Positions 10,956 through 23,026 are shown, counted from the stretch's first letter. The stretch is DNA of 64,000 nt from Diplonema japonicum (GCA_964019335.1 OZ025659.1:62001-126000), one strand, 5' to 3'. The notes: a model not told the origin generated them from the sequence alone. Translations and numbers: made by a program.

Positions 10956-12917
10956 TTATTTCTTTTTGTGTGTCAAGGGATGCTTGCTCGCCGACTTCCG
11001 CCGACTACTAGTAGGCGCCACGGGGGAGGAGAAGGGTACATGGCTTCCATCTGCCGCCCTTAGGGCACCCGTATATGTCATTGTATTCGACCCCGCAGTG
11101 CTTCTTCTAGAGAACAGCGGCTTGTTATCTCCTGGTGAGGAGGGGGAAGGAGAGGAAGGCTTCTCAGAAGCAGAGAGAATGGCTTCTCCAGGGACCAGAT
11201 TGTCGTCAGGCGGGGTTGGGATCTCAGACGAGCAAGCACTGGGGGGCCGCACCATCTCAACAACCGGAGGTTTTTCTTCAACAACAGGTGGGGTCGGCTC
11301 CCTTTCCGGTAGATCAGGCATCGGTTCGGGCTCTGGAGGTGCAACAGGAGCCAATGGGACCATCTCAGGAGACCTAAGTGCGAAGTCTTCCTCTGCAATC
11401 TTTGCTTTCTTATGCCGCCACCACATCACCACCAACCATATGCAGCACACCATGGCCACCGCAAGGCCGATAATCAAACCCATAATAAACTTGTCGTCTC
11501 CACCGCTGTCTTCCCCACCGCCATTATCGCTTGGGGTCGGGTTACCACCACCACCAGTTGGTGTCGCCCCTGATGGCGCAGCAGTCGTAGGAGCGTCAGT
11601 AGGCGGCGGTACAGGGGGAACGGGTGTGTCAGGTGCAGGGGTCTTTGTAGTCGATTCACAAATCTGTCCTGACAGCACCGCCGTCCCATCGGGAGCAGGG
11701 CACTCGAACTCTGTTTCGATGTATTTAAAACCCATGTCACACAGAGGGTCCGTCGTTGTGTTCCCCGCAGTGAATACAGCTTCCGTTGTTTTCGTCCCGC
11801 CAGCCACGTCTCCCATTGCATTGTCGTTAGTGATAACACTTTGAAAGGCAGCGGTGATTCCATCGCAGGGCTTGCCGCCGCATGTTGTGGCACTGCTTAA
11901 ATCTACCGTATCGCACGTAGTGGAGGCCGGGGGGGTCGGGGTGTCGGGCGCGTCGGTGACGGCGACCGCGACGCAAAGTTGATCGGCTAATGTAGAAGTT
12001 TTCCCCTTTCCGGGACAGGAGTACACAACGGGGGCGAACTTGAAGTTCGTATCGCACACATCGCCTGTCAGGGCCGCCATTGTCGCAGAATCTGTTGCAG
12101 ACTTGAAGTGAACCTCTTGCGACGACGTTGTAAAAGGCACGACACCCCCAAACATGTTTTTGTTCAAAACCTTCTTCTTGAATCCCGGAGCGATCCCGTC
12201 GCATGCCGCACCGCCACATGTTGTGGGGTCGCTGAGATCAATTTCATCACAGGATGGTGGGTTATCACAATTGGGCCCAGTCCACCCGGAATGACAGAGG
12301 CATTCACACGGCCAGCTTTCCGAAGCTATTTGAGAGCCTATATACATACCACCACTGCCGTTCCCAGGTGCGAAGCAGTCCGGTAGGATCATGTCGTCGC
12401 ACCTTTGCAGATTGCTAGGGGAGAGTGCGAAGGGAGAAATGCAGTCGGATATTTTGACCGCATCCTCAATGACAAAGTCATCAAAACTGAATGTCCCGTC
12501 CAGTGGGGTAGGGTTGAAGACTTCGTAGATCAGTGGTATGTTGTCTTCCGACCAGCAGGTGACGTCGTAAGTCTGCGGTCCCGTGAGTACTCTGCAGTTT
12601 CTACAGAACTGCTTTGTTGCTTCTGTTATGGTGTCCTGGTCGATCCAGCAGGCAGGGTTTCCCTTGTGGATTCGCTGGTCCTTCGCCATCATTATCGTTC
12701 CGTTAAACCCTGTCATCTTGGAGTTTCTGAAGTCTACCACCTTACCCATCGTGAGCTTGTCTGTGATCAGGTGCAGGCACCCCATTGCAGGCACCTTGTG
12801 GTCCACATTTGTTATCATGGCTCCTATTGTCACCGAAACCTCTACGATAGTTTGCGTTTGAACCATTGTTGCCATCAGAACCGAGATAAGGATCGTGGTG
12901 CGGTGGAAAGGGCGCAT
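10956..12917 (-). CDS. Type I membrane surface protein (signal peptide, EGF-like motif, two Cys-rich repeats, Pro/Thr stalk, TM, Pro-rich tail)
   Basis: Signal MRPFHRTTILISVLMATMV; CECLCHSGWTGPNC; duplicated CD.(I/V)DLS..TTCGG..CDGI unit; TM FIMGLIIGLAVAMVCCIWLVVMWW. Confidence 0.8.
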   Translation of the reverse strand: MRPFHRTTILISVLMATMVQTQTIVEVSVTIGAMITNVDHKVPAMGCLHLITDKLTMGKVVDFRNSKMTGFNGTIMMAKDQRIHKGNPACWIDQDTITEATKQFCRNCRVLTGPQTYDVTCWSEDNIPLIYEVFNPTPLDGTFSFDDFVIEDAVKISDCISPFALSPSNLQRCDDMILPDCFAPGNGSGGMYIGSQIASESWPCECLCHSGWTGPNCDNPPSCDEIDLSDPTTCGGAACDGIAPGFKKKVLNKNMFGGVVPFTTSSQEVHFKSATDSATMAALTGDVCDTNFKFAPVVYSCPGKGKTSTLADQLCVAVAVTDAPDTPTPPASTTCDTVDLSSATTCGGKPCDGITAAFQSVITNDNAMGDVAGGTKTTEAVFTAGNTTTDPLCDMGFKYIETEFECPAPDGTAVLSGQICESTTKTPAPDTPVPPVPPPTDAPTTAAPSGATPTGGGGNPTPSDNGGGEDSGGDDKFIMGLIIGLAVAMVCCIWLVVMWWRHKKAKIAEEDFALRSPEMVPLAPVAPPEPEPMPDLPEREPTPPVVEEKPPVVEMVRPPSACSSEIPTPPDDNLVPGEAILSASEKPSSPSPSSPGDNKPLFSRRSTAGSNTMTYTGALRAADGSHVPFSSPVAPTSSRRKSASKHPLTHKKK

Positions 12918-13174
12918 CTCCCCCCCTTTTTTTATATTTTTATTTTTTTTATTTTTTTTATTTTTACCCCGCCTCGCCCCTGTTGTGTCAGTAGTATTCT
13001 TCCGGGCTTTTAATGATATGTCGAAATAAAAAAAAAACTGAATCGGGAGGGGGGGGACACTTTCTTTTTTTTTTTTGTTGTTTCCTTTTTTTTTTTCTTT
13101 GTGGCATCCCCCCACCACTTGAAAGGAGGTCAAAACCCCCCTTTAAGACTTCTTAATAACCACTTGTTCATTTT

Positions 13175-13356
13175 TTATTTCGCCTCGGCTCCTTCGTTCC
13201 GTGTAGTGGAATATTTCATTCTCAATTTTTCGATGTCCTGCAGAGTGGGGGGGTTTTTTTTTTAAATTTTAAAAAAAAGCAAACCTCTTGTTTCTTCAAG
13301 TTTTCCTTTCTTTTTGTCGATCGTTCCTTATCGTAGTACAGGACGATTAGATATCT

Positions 13357-13397
<41 letters not shown>

Positions 13398-13655
13398 GAA
13401 AACTTACCTTCCCATAAAGCTGAACCCTGACAAGTGGTCACAAGCATTTTTCGCATCGTAGATATCTTCATAAACAATGAAAGCAGTCCCTTTTGTCTCA
13501 GGTTTGTTCCCAACACGCACCTGCCTCAAGGTCCCGAATTTCCCAAACACCTCAAACAGGTCTTCCTGGTTCACTTTGAACGGTAAATTTCTCACGTATA
13601 GAATCCTTCGCACTTCCGGTTTCAACCTAATGTTTGCCCTGATAATCGCCGACAT
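13175..13655 (-). CDS. SF3B6: Splicing factor 3B subunit 6 (p14, branch-point binding); 3 exons
   Basis: [59 protein letters not shown]|YLIVLYY. Intron 13355-13407 and a second short intron. Confidence 0.93.
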
Positions 13656-13879
13656 TTTCCTCCTCCCTCCCGCCCCCTCCCCTGTTCTCCTTTTTTTTTC
13701 TTTTTCTTTTTTTTTTTTTTTAATTTTCCCCTCTTGGAAAATTTCAACAAAAGACAAGTTGGAGCAAACAAACAAAAAAAAATGTAATGTGGAAAGATGG
13801 GGGAAAAAATGGGGGGGCAGAAAAAAAACTTTCCACCCCCTCTTTTTTTTTTCGTTTTTCTTTTTCTTTTTCTTTCCTA

Positions 13880-14509
13880 CTATTCGTATTCGCTTTCCAA
13901 TAGTACCGCTGAAGCAATTGCCTATTTGGGGGGGGGAAAAATGGTCAAAAAAAAAAAATACCTGAAACATAGGACACTCCTTCAATTTTTCCAACAGCCC
14001 AAGTAAAGCACCCATGTCACCCTCACCGTTTACCGCACCGCCAACAAGGGAGATTACAACCACTGGTGACAGGGCACCCCAGTCGCCGGACTGGGTGACA
14101 GATGAGGTGGGCAGTCCCGCAGGGGGTTGATAGGCATCCTGCACAATCACAAAGTCGTTGAGGAAGAGAAGGGTTCTTTTAAGCTGTGTGGAGTAGGTTC
14201 CCCCTCCCCCCTCCAGTGCATACTTTTCGAGGTAGTTCGTCAGCATACTGCAATGTTTGCTCCAATTGATCGGGCTCCAAGTACAATCCTGAGAGATGCC
14301 TCCAGGTTTTCCAATCAGTGTCTTTACCCGCGGCTATTCGTGTTTTTTTTTTCTTCTTTTTTTTTTTTTTTAAAAATACCATGCAATCTTGTAGTACCGT
14401 GCACGTCAGAAATTAATATACACTTCAAGCTGGGCACTCCTCTCACCAACCCTTCCATGTAGTCCCTAAAAGGGTTACCCCCATCTGCAACCACTCGTTC
14501 TTCTTCCAT
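13880..14509 (-). CDS. Roadblock-fold protein, LAMTOR3/MP1-like; multi-exon
   Basis: [14 protein letters not shown] and [10 protein letters not shown]...VVISLVG...[10 protein letters not shown] resemble LAMTOR3. Three short GT-AG introns inferred. Confidence 0.55.
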
Positions 14510-14674
14510 TTTTTTTTCTAAAACTTCTCCTTTTTCCCCCCCCCGGTATCGCCCCACCTTGTTGTTGCGATATACACAATTGGGAGGAGGGGAAAGAAAA
14601 ATAAAAAACCCATTACAGGGAGGGGGGTGAATTGTTAAAATCACACTACAAGAAGAAAAAGAGAAAAAAAAGAA

Positions 14675-17359
14675 TCAGATGTCCTTTCTTGCTTTGATGA
14701 CGTGTTTCAAGACTCGTGCCTCGATCTCCCCTTGCCGGGGGCGGGGATTGTGAAGAAGGTACTTCTGGGAGGTCTTGTTCTTCTTCTCCGCCTTGCGGGC
14801 TGGAACGTGGTGAAAAGGGTGCCGTGTAGCTTGTTTGGATATAGTTGCTGCGATATGGTTCCACAGCGAGAAACCATTGATCGGGGGAGGCGACAGACGA
14901 CGCAAGTGCTTCAGGTTTTTACTCTGAGTGTACTCAGAGGGGTGAGGCGGTGGCAACAAACAGCAGGCTTCCAGGTGATCGAAGCCTGACTGCGATCGAG
15001 GCGTAAAGAGACGTGCGGTGCGCTGCTTCACTCTTCTACACCTTGCTCTCCAGTTGGACTCTTCTGTCATCCGGTAAGCGTGCACAAAATCCTCTATCAT
15101 CCCAACCCACAGGCTCTTTTCTTCATTCCGTACCCCCCTCCTCCCTCTTCTCTCTCCTTCCATCACGTTAACCATTCGCAGGGGAACCCTTTCCTCCCTT
15201 TCCCGTTCCAGTATGTTGTCCCTCCCACCCTTCTCGCTCTGTATTATAATACCTGCTACGCCGTGAAGGTGTTGCATGCGAACTTGCCTCCTCTGGATGT
15301 CCTCCCATCTAGCGAGGGTGCGCACTGTGTGTGCACACCACTCGTCTGTGAGGGTGTTCCGTTGTTTTGCCTCCGACAACGTTGTGACACCAATCGCACT
15401 CTGCATAGCATGGGCTGCTTGGAGTGTACTGCCGGCATCCTTGATTGTACACTCTCTTGTCTCCGCTTCCATTGTATTTAAGCTTGTCAGAAGAGCAGCT
15501 ACGAACTCTCGTGACAAGGCGGTGCGTTGTCTGTCCTGTGCTTGGAGGACGTCCCATGCCCTGCCCCACCATATGCTTGCTCCGTCGCAGGCCCTCTCAA
15601 TACCTGCACGCTGGTGGAACTCGTCCTGGAACACGGCTTCGTGTTCCTCGAACTCTCCTAGAGTGCTGAAGGTGTCTGACAGCATGTCATCCCTTCCGGG
15701 TGTGCCGTGGTCTACCCGAGGCCCTTCTGCGTCCTCTTTTGAGGTTTGTGAATTCTCGTCCTCTGACAGGTCATCAGACGCTGGTGCTTTCGCGGCTTCG
15801 GGTGTGTCCTCTGAAGCAGCCTCAGACCCGGTGTCGACTTCCTGTGTCCTTGCCACACCTTGTTCCTCAGCAGTTTCATGTGCTTCAACAGTTTCAACAG
15901 CTTCGTGTGCTTCAATAGTTTCATGTTCCTCAGTAATTTCATGTGCTTCAACAGTTTCATGTGCTTCAACAGTTTCAACAGCTTCATGTGCTTCAACAGT
16001 TTCATGTTCCTCAGTAATTTCATGTGCTTCAACAGTTTCATGTGCTTCAACAGTTTCAACAGCTTCATGTGCTTTAATAGTTTCATGTTCCTCAGTAATT
16101 TCATGTGCTTCAACAGTTTCATGTTCCTCAGCAGCGGCCTGTGACACTTCCGGTACGACTTGCGGTGAAGCTTCCGGGCTGCAGTCCGGCTCCACTGTCT
16201 CGATGAGTTCATCTGCACACTGCGTGTCCACTTCCCGTAGAGAGGCATCCATGCTGTCCTCATCCCATTCGGCGCTGTACGACCGTTTAGGTGTTGCATC
16301 GATCCCTTCACAACACGTACCGGCTTCCTGCTGCTCAGTTTTGCACCCTGCCCCTGCCACTGCTGGGTTTTGTGAGTCTTTTTCCTTGACCTGTAGAGAG
16401 GCATCCATGCTGTCCTCATCCCATTCGGCGCTGTACGACCGTTTAGGTGTGCCATCAACTAGTTCACAGTCTCCTTCGCTATGAGTGGTTGTACCAGTGT
16501 CGCTGTCGCTGGCGCCGTGTGAATCTATGCTGCCCAGCCCCACGTCACGCACAGTGCCTGTTTCCGGCTCTATGGGATGTTCTTTTAAGATGCTGAGGTG
16601 CTCGATGAATAGTATGGCTGCTACAGACCCCTCATCCAAGATGATAGAGTCCCTGAGGACAGTCTGCTGTGTCAAGAAGAAAAGAAGCTCGTAAGTATCA
16701 AGCTGCATGTTGCAGGCATGTGAAAGGACTGAACGCAGAGCAAATTCTTGAAAGGACAACAGGCAGAACGCATGGCCTAAAGAGATCGCCGCTGCGATGG
16801 CCAAGGAAGCATGGTGGTGGGCTGCGTCAAGCTCAAGGGCACCTCGCTCCGCTTCTTCATCAAGACATACGGCAAGGGAGGCTGTGGTCAACGCTGTAAT
16901 GATCTTGAAGGGGGGCTTCGGCGGACCGCACTGCACAGCTGAGATGCCGGTTTTCCATTTTGCGTCCCAAGGCTCCTCTGAATCCGTGCACTGTGACAGT
17001 GTTGTTTTCCCCCCTTTGGGGTCTTTTAGAATCCATTTCCCCTTGTTTCCTCTTTTCAAGACGCGCTTTTCCTTTGCATGTCTATACACGCCCTCCTTCT
17101 TCGTTTCTTTGTACTTTCCTTCGCAGTCTGCACCGTGCAGCAGCACCTCTCGTGGCACAGTGCACCGCACGACTATGGCGCCATCACTTGCACTTTCTAC
17201 AGTGGCGCTCTGAAGGTTCTTCACGTGAACATGTGCCTGCTGCACGCCATGAACCAGCAGAAACCCCCTGTCAACAAGGGTGACCACCGCAAGACGCGGC
17301 GAAACATCAGCGCTGCTTGGGAATGGCACGGAAACGGTGAAACCGGTCATCCCTGGCAT
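14675..17359 (-). CDS. Large hypothetical protein with acidic His/Glu/Thr tandem repeats
   Basis: Open frame of about 894 aa containing (HETVEA/HEITEE)n and a duplicated TPKRSYSAEWDEDSMDASL. Confidence 0.7.
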   Translation of the reverse strand: MPGMTGFTVSVPFPSSADVSPRLAVVTLVDRGFLLVHGVQQAHVHVKNLQSATVESASDGAIVVRCTVPREVLLHGADCEGKYKETKKEGVYRHAKEKRVLKRGNKGKWILKDPKGGKTTLSQCTDSEEPWDAKWKTGISAVQCGPPKPPFKIITALTTASLAVCLDEEAERGALELDAAHHHASLAIAAAISLGHAFCLLSFQEFALRSVLSHACNMQLDTYELLFFLTQQTVLRDSIILDEGSVAAILFIEHLSILKEHPIEPETGTVRDVGLGSIDSHGASDSDTGTTTHSEGDCELVDGTPKRSYSAEWDEDSMDASLQVKEKDSQNPAVAGAGCKTEQQEAGTCCEGIDATPKRSYSAEWDEDSMDASLREVDTQCADELIETVEPDCSPEASPQVVPEVSQAAAEEHETVEAHEITEEHETIKAHEAVETVEAHETVEAHEITEEHETVEAHEAVETVEAHETVEAHEITEEHETIEAHEAVETVEAHETAEEQGVARTQEVDTGSEAASEDTPEAAKAPASDDLSEDENSQTSKEDAEGPRVDHGTPGRDDMLSDTFSTLGEFEEHEAVFQDEFHQRAGIERACDGASIWWGRAWDVLQAQDRQRTALSREFVAALLTSLNTMEAETRECTIKDAGSTLQAAHAMQSAIGVTTLSEAKQRNTLTDEWCAHTVRTLARWEDIQRRQVRMQHLHGVAGIIIQSEKGGRDNILEREREERVPLRMVNVMEGERRGRRGVRNEEKSLWVGMIEDFVHAYRMTEESNWRARCRRVKQRTARLFTPRSQSGFDHLEACCLLPPPHPSEYTQSKNLKHLRRLSPPPINGFSLWNHIAATISKQATRHPFHHVPARKAEKKNKTSQKYLLHNPRPRQGEIEARVLKHVIKARKDI
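15861..16131. repeat. Coding minisatellite (9/18-nt units)
   Basis: Tandem CAGTTTCATGTGCTTCAA / TTTCATGTTCCTCAGTAA variants encoding HETVEA/HEITEE. Confidence 0.9.
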
Positions 17360-17441
17360 GACGTAGAAACAATAAAAAAACAATAAAAATAAAAGTACCG
17401 GAAAAAAAAAGGGAAAACAAATTGGGATAAAAAGGCAATTC

Positions 17442-17476
<35 letters not shown>

Positions 17477-17490
17477 CTCTTTTTTTTCCC

Positions 17491-18531
17491 TTACCGTTTC
17501 CCACCACAAACCCCGCAACTCTTCGCATCAGGCGGGTTGTGTAAAGTGCATGCTCGGCACGCCCAACCAGTTGCAGGAGGAGGAGAAGAAGAAGAAGATG
17601 CAACGGGAGCTGGTATCCGATCTGCATGCCAGATGTATTGCATGGCTTCCGCCATGATTTCGTCAGGGAGGGTCACGTGGGGAGCCAGGTAGACCGGGTC
17701 AAGGGAAACGAGAAGAGAAGAGACCACTGCAGAGGTGGGTAGCTCTTCAAAGGTTTTCAAATGGAAGAGACGCAGCCGGCTGTCAGCCCCCACGCTATTG
17801 TTCTGATTCCGGTACCCCGTTACCTTGCATATCGTGTCCAGCGCCTTGCCGATGGACATGTTGGGGCTGAGCTTCACATGCGCGGGAGATATCTTAGAAT
17901 CTTGGAGAAAATAAACGGTCACCACGAGACCGGTTCCACTTTGCATTAAAGACGAAAAAACAGATGTTTTCAATTGCAAAGGTTTGTCAGGGGTTGTCTT
18001 GAAAACCACATTTGGGTACCCTAGCGAATACAGCCTGTTGGGAATGGGCGTCGGGGCAGGGGTTTGCTTTTGTTCCTGTCGTTGTTGTTGCTGCTGCTGC
18101 ACTCCGTTTTTTTGCTTTTCGCTTTTCAATTTCTTGCAATTGTGTACATCCTCGTACCTGTGCTCGATGCAGTACTGGTTCCCACATATTGAGCACAAGA
18201 TCAAAACATGCTCGTTTGCCTTGCATCCTGCAAAGGAGCAGAAGTTTAGTCGCTCCTTTACAGGTGCAGCTTGCGCTTCTTGTGGGCATCCCTTGTCTAT
18301 GTGGCGTAGAACTGCTGCGTCTGGTTCTAACGTGCCCAGCAGGACTTTCTGTTTGCATATCGGGCATTCAGGTACAACCTTGCTTTTTTTTGCCTTGCAC
18401 CCGTGGCTTTCATAACCCTTGTGCTCTTGGCACAGAACCTTCTTACACAGGTCACATTTGTAAGGTAGAAAGTCGTAGCTACGGCATACTGCACATTGGC
18501 CGTCGCCTTCTACGCCGTGGCCTATGCTCAT
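17491..18531 (-). CDS. AN1 zinc-finger protein (ZFAND1/2, Cuz1-like) with C-terminal RanBP2/NZF finger
   Basis: Two AN1 fingers (C..C...DFLPYKC..C...C..H.....H.C), a UBZ-like CPIC...HID..C, and C-terminal WAC..CT..N......C.VC. Confidence 0.88.
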   Translation of the reverse strand: MSIGHGVEGDGQCAVCRSYDFLPYKCDLCKKVLCQEHKGYESHGCKAKKSKVVPECPICKQKVLLGTLEPDAAVLRHIDKGCPQEAQAAPVKERLNFCSFAGCKANEHVLILCSICGNQYCIEHRYEDVHNCKKLKSEKQKNGVQQQQQQRQEQKQTPAPTPIPNRLYSLGYPNVVFKTTPDKPLQLKTSVFSSLMQSGTGLVVTVYFLQDSKISPAHVKLSPNMSIGKALDTICKVTGYRNQNNSVGADSRLRLFHLKTFEELPTSAVVSSLLVSLDPVYLAPHVTLPDEIMAEAMQYIWHADRIPAPVASSSSSPPPATGWACRACTLHNPPDAKSCGVCGGKR

Positions 18532-19304
18532 ATTCTTTTTTTGTTCCCCTTCGTCCTTATCTTGCAGTGTATATTAAGTTAGCAATTTAAAAAAAAAGAA
18601 AAAAGAAAAAAAAGAATAAGTCATAACCGTTTGGCGAGGCAGGAAGCTCCCATCGCGGTTATATAACGAGAGAGGGAGGAGAGAAAAAAAAAAAAAAGAC
18701 GTGCCCCATCTTTTCCGTTGTTCCCCTTAAAATAGAACGTGCGTCTACATAAGGGGGGGATGAAAAATTAAAAAAGATTTTTTTTTCTAAAGTAGTAAGG
18801 AAAGGGCAACCTGTTGGGCACGTATTCTGTGAAATATATGGGGTTTTTGTTTTGGTTTATTTTGTGTTATTTTTTAACTTAGATTTTTTTTTTTTTTCTT
18901 TCGCGTGTATAAAAAAGAAAAGAAAAAAGAAAACAGAAGCTATCGCTGAACGTGGCTAACAGCTTCTTTATTTAGAAAAAAAGAAAAGAAAAAAAAAAAA
19001 AAAAAAACAGACGTAGTTAGTTGGTATGAAACCAGGGGAAGAAGAGAAGTATAAAAGTAGGAAAGGTGAAAGGGAAACAAAAGGAAACAGAAGCCCATCT
19101 CAATCTTATTCCCCCCTCCTCCAATTCTTTGTTTTTCTTCATTTCTTCTTCTAATTTTTTTTTTTTTTGGTAGGAAAAGGAAGGTAAGAGATGGAGGAAC
19201 AAAAAAAAAAATAGAATTCAATTACGCACGATTTTTTTAAAAAAAATTTTTTTAAACCACCTTTTCTTTGCATGAAGCCAAAAGTGGGGGGGAAAAAAAA
19301 AGAT

Positions 19305-19340
<36 letters not shown>

Positions 19341-19341
<1 letters not shown>

Positions 19342-20858
19342 CAACAGTGAGCGTACCCATAGTACTCCACACCAAGATCCTGAAAGGCGGGTTCCATTCT
19401 GGTACCGACAGTTTCAATAAAGAATCCTCTCTCCGTGTGTCTCGGGTAGCTGGCCAAGCTCCTCGTGTCGTGGATGTCCTCATACTGTTCCTTTGTCAGA
19501 GAGATGGGGCTCGACAGAAGCTTGGAAACATTGGACCGAAGCGCGTACTTACGGTACTCAGGCTGAACGGTCATGGGGATGGCCTCAGAGGCATCTCCTG
19601 ATCCGTACCCGATAGCTACCATTTTCGAACCCGACAAGTCTAAAGAAAGATTCCCTGCAGCATCGTCCATCCCTGCCATGATCCACGCAGGTAGGGATGC
19701 GGTGTATAAATTCCCGAGCTGTTCCGTAGTGGTGTTCCCAAAGGCCATTTTTTCAGCAAGCAGGTTTTTGAAACCGGGTTCCCCCCTCAACGCCTTGGCA
19801 ACCTTCCCTGTTAGTTTGTGCATAACAGGCGGCGCACCAGTCTTACTGATTTCCTCATAAGGATCAGACGCTTCACTTTCAATTTCCTTTCGAAGGTCGT
19901 CTATCACCACCTTGGCCTTGTAGCATAATGCTTCGAGTTCAATACCTCTCTCAACGGATTTAGATCTGACAAGCCCTCTTACATATAGTGTTGAAACGGC
20001 CTGTACAGGCATCATGTGGTAGGGCCGATGCAGGAAGAGTCCAGCGAGCGTTTCAAAATAATTCCCTGCCCCGTGGTGTTCCAAACCGAGGTTTCGCAAC
20101 ATCTGCTCGACGGAGTCTATCGTGGTGTCGGTGTAAACAGCAGTGCTGTACGGCCCTGAGAAGACGGGGAAATCGCATTTTCGTTGAGTGGCAGAAGCCC
20201 ATGCCGGGTCGAATAGTCTTGATACGGGTTTTCGGAAATCCGGTCCACGGTACGTCGATGACGAACCTGCGTGCTTGTAGTCTAATGATAGGATCTTCGG
20301 AGATTTTTCGATTAGCATCGCCACTGCTCCCGCGCCTTGTGTGGGTTCGCCTGTGGTGCCGCGTTCATATTCCGCAATGTCGGCAGCTACTACAATGCAC
20401 TTTCTGTTTGAAAGATCTGTGTCCACGAAACGGCATGCTGCCTTCATTGCGTAGACACCGCCTAGGCACGCGTGTTTGAACTCAGGTACTTCTACCGATC
20501 TTGGTAGACTGTTGTTCCCCATGTTTTTTAGTGCCATGTCTACCATTCCTTTTACTATCACGCTGCCTGCGCTGTTGTCAGTTGAAGATTCTGTTCCCAG
20601 TCCTAGGAACCCCACGTCTTTGGGGTTTAGGTCGTGGTCCTTGATTAGCTGTAGGACGGCGCCAGCGGCGAGGGTGTACACGTTTTCCTTGGGACCCGGG
20701 ACCCTGAAGCTTTTTCCGACCACGTTTTTTACCTTTCCCCACTCGTTGCCGGTCCAGTCGCACCAGTCTTCCAGCTCGACCTTGAACTGCGGGATGCATC
20801 CGGACATTCCCGAGATGCCCACTGTGTGGCAGGCGAGGGTCATCGTTGGACGGAGCAT
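19341..20858 (-). CDS. HMGS: 3-hydroxy-3-methylglutaryl-CoA synthase (trypanosomatid/bacterial-like type)
   Basis: GTESSTDNS, catalytic KHACLGG, GEPTQGAGAVAML, DFRKP, H.PY, GNLYTAS, YGSG motifs. Confidence 0.92.
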
Positions 20859-21010
20859 TTTTCTTTTTTTTTGTTGTTCTGTTTTTTTGCAGAAAAAAAC
20901 TTTTCCTTTTTTTGAAATTGTTTAGGTTTTTTTTTTCACATAGAAAGTATAAATAAAATTCTTCTGTACATTAGAAAAAAAAATGGGAAAAAAAAACAAC
21001 AACGAGAATC

Positions 21011-21043
<33 letters not shown>

Positions 21044-21127
21044 AATTACAATATTTTCAATAAGAGAAAAATAAAAAACCACCGTTTTTGGGGGATGTAT
21101 CGAAGATGTGGGGCGGGCAGCAAAATC

Positions 21128-22807
21128 TCACACAGCACCGTACACTGCCGTGAGACCCGAGCAGATCCCGTTGTACAACTGTTGCGGCCAGGGCTGGTTG
21201 CAGATAAACGGAAGCTCGAAACACTTCTGATCGAGAGAGAGGGCCGTGCGCTTCATGGAGTAAGCCTCCTGCAACGACTTCAACGTGTCGTGCATCCTGG
21301 AAATCTCAAGCGTGATATGGCTAAGCTTATTGGTATAGGCCTGCACCGCCTCAGAGAGGAGATCGTATTCATTCTCCAGCGCATCATGCACCTTATCGTG
21401 GAGGTCCTTGTTGGGTATCTGCCTTCGAAGGCGTAGACGCTTGCAGACAATGTCCTTTTCTTTGTTTTTGACGGAGAGAGCTTGGCGAACAGCGCCCATT
21501 TGCGACTCGAGGTGCAGCCGTTCCTCATTCAAGCATGAAATCCTGCTTTCCAACGTGCGGAGCAGGTTTTCTTGAAGCTTCATCTTCGTTCTCAAGGCCG
21601 CCTCGACTTTTTTGTTGAGCTTCCTGCCCTCCGTGTCGAGCCCTATCAACGTCTTCTTGAACTCCTTGCGAAGCGCCAACGATGTGATGACGGCAGCTTG
21701 AGACGCTCGAACAGCACGGTCGGTGTCCTGTTTTGTTATTTTCGGGATTTCAGGTGCGATGGCTTCCAACCCTTGTATGACCTCTCGTGCCTTGTTGTCA
21801 AGCATGATTTCAAGAGGAGGCTGATCGGCGGAAGTCCCGCCCATGTGGATATTGACTGATGACGAGCCGTCCAGGACAAGACATTGTTCGTCAATGCGAA
21901 GACCTTCAACCTTGTCTTCAAGATCGTTATACAGGGTATCGACACAGTGGCGGAGCGTTTCCATATGCGCGTCGGCCTTGTTGATGATCTTGGTGATGGT
22001 GTCTGTTGCTTTGGAGTGGTGTTGAAATTCCGTTTCGAGGATGGCGTCAACATGGTCGCGGGTTAGTTCAGCAGGTGGGCGGCTTTCTCTTAAACCGATG
22101 CGCATGTCACAGCCGGTGACGGAGCCTGATTCAAGCATGGCTTTGATTTCAATGATAAATTGTTTGACCTGTCCTAGTGATCTGAACTCGCTTTCTGCTT
22201 CGTTGACGGCTTCTTCTACCTTCGCTTTTACTTTTTGAACGTCGCGGACTTTGTTGCGAAGCTGTTGGTTTGTACCCAGCCTGCTTTGTTTCGCTCTTAC
22301 ATTTGTCCGCCTGTTCATCCCGTCGGCTTTCTTCCGTAGATCATGTGTGTATGTGGTGTGGCCTTCCGCTTGTTTCGCCATTTGACGGGATTCTTTTAAC
22401 CATTCTGTTTCGTGTCGGTACTCCAATGTTGTGTTTTTTGTCGATGATGCCGAGGCCGTGTCTGTTCCGAAGATCTCAGGGTTGCAGTATGTTCTTGGTG
22501 GTTTGAAGGGTTTCTCAGAGAATTCCCCTCGTTTCTCGACGGTGGGTACTTTTTCAGGGAGTTTCGAAGGCAGTCTTACCCTTTTTGTCACCCATTGCTC
22601 TTCAGTCACGCCTTCTTCTTCTGTCATGTGCAGCGGGGCCATCGGTGGTACTACGGTGGCGCGTTCTCTTTTGACCCTTCCAACGGGGCCGTTGAGGTTT
22701 CCCCGAACCCTTCTCAACACCTTCCTGTCGTACTCATCGGTTGCCTTTTGTATAGACGATTTCAACCGCCCGCATTTCGGGGTGTTGCAACTTGTCACAA
22801 ATGTCAT
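21128..22807 (-). CDS. Tektin-family flagellar coiled-coil protein
   Basis: RESRPPAELTRDHV (tektin RP..EL..D signature), DLEDK...L.ID..C, second repeat RLRLR......DLHDKV..AL..E. Confidence 0.8.
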   Translation of the reverse strand: MTFVTSCNTPKCGRLKSSIQKATDEYDRKVLRRVRGNLNGPVGRVKRERATVVPPMAPLHMTEEEGVTEEQWVTKRVRLPSKLPEKVPTVEKRGEFSEKPFKPPRTYCNPEIFGTDTASASSTKNTTLEYRHETEWLKESRQMAKQAEGHTTYTHDLRKKADGMNRRTNVRAKQSRLGTNQQLRNKVRDVQKVKAKVEEAVNEAESEFRSLGQVKQFIIEIKAMLESGSVTGCDMRIGLRESRPPAELTRDHVDAILETEFQHHSKATDTITKIINKADAHMETLRHCVDTLYNDLEDKVEGLRIDEQCLVLDGSSSVNIHMGGTSADQPPLEIMLDNKAREVIQGLEAIAPEIPKITKQDTDRAVRASQAAVITSLALRKEFKKTLIGLDTEGRKLNKKVEAALRTKMKLQENLLRTLESRISCLNEERLHLESQMGAVRQALSVKNKEKDIVCKRLRLRRQIPNKDLHDKVHDALENEYDLLSEAVQAYTNKLSHITLEISRMHDTLKSLQEAYSMKRTALSLDQKCFELPFICNQPWPQQLYNGICSGLTAVYGAV

Positions 22808-23026
22808 TTTTTTCTTCCCCCCCCCCTTCTTCTCTCCCCTTTCCAGTATGTCTATTAAAATCGACGAAACAAAAGAAAAAGACAACAATAATAAGAAAGA
22901 AAAACAGAAACCCCGGTTCTCCTTTCCCCCCCTTTTTTTTTCATTCCCTTGAAAAAGGGAAAAAGGGGGGGGCGGGAGTGGGCGGGGGTATATTAAATAA
23001 ACAATTTTTACTTTTAAAAAAAAATG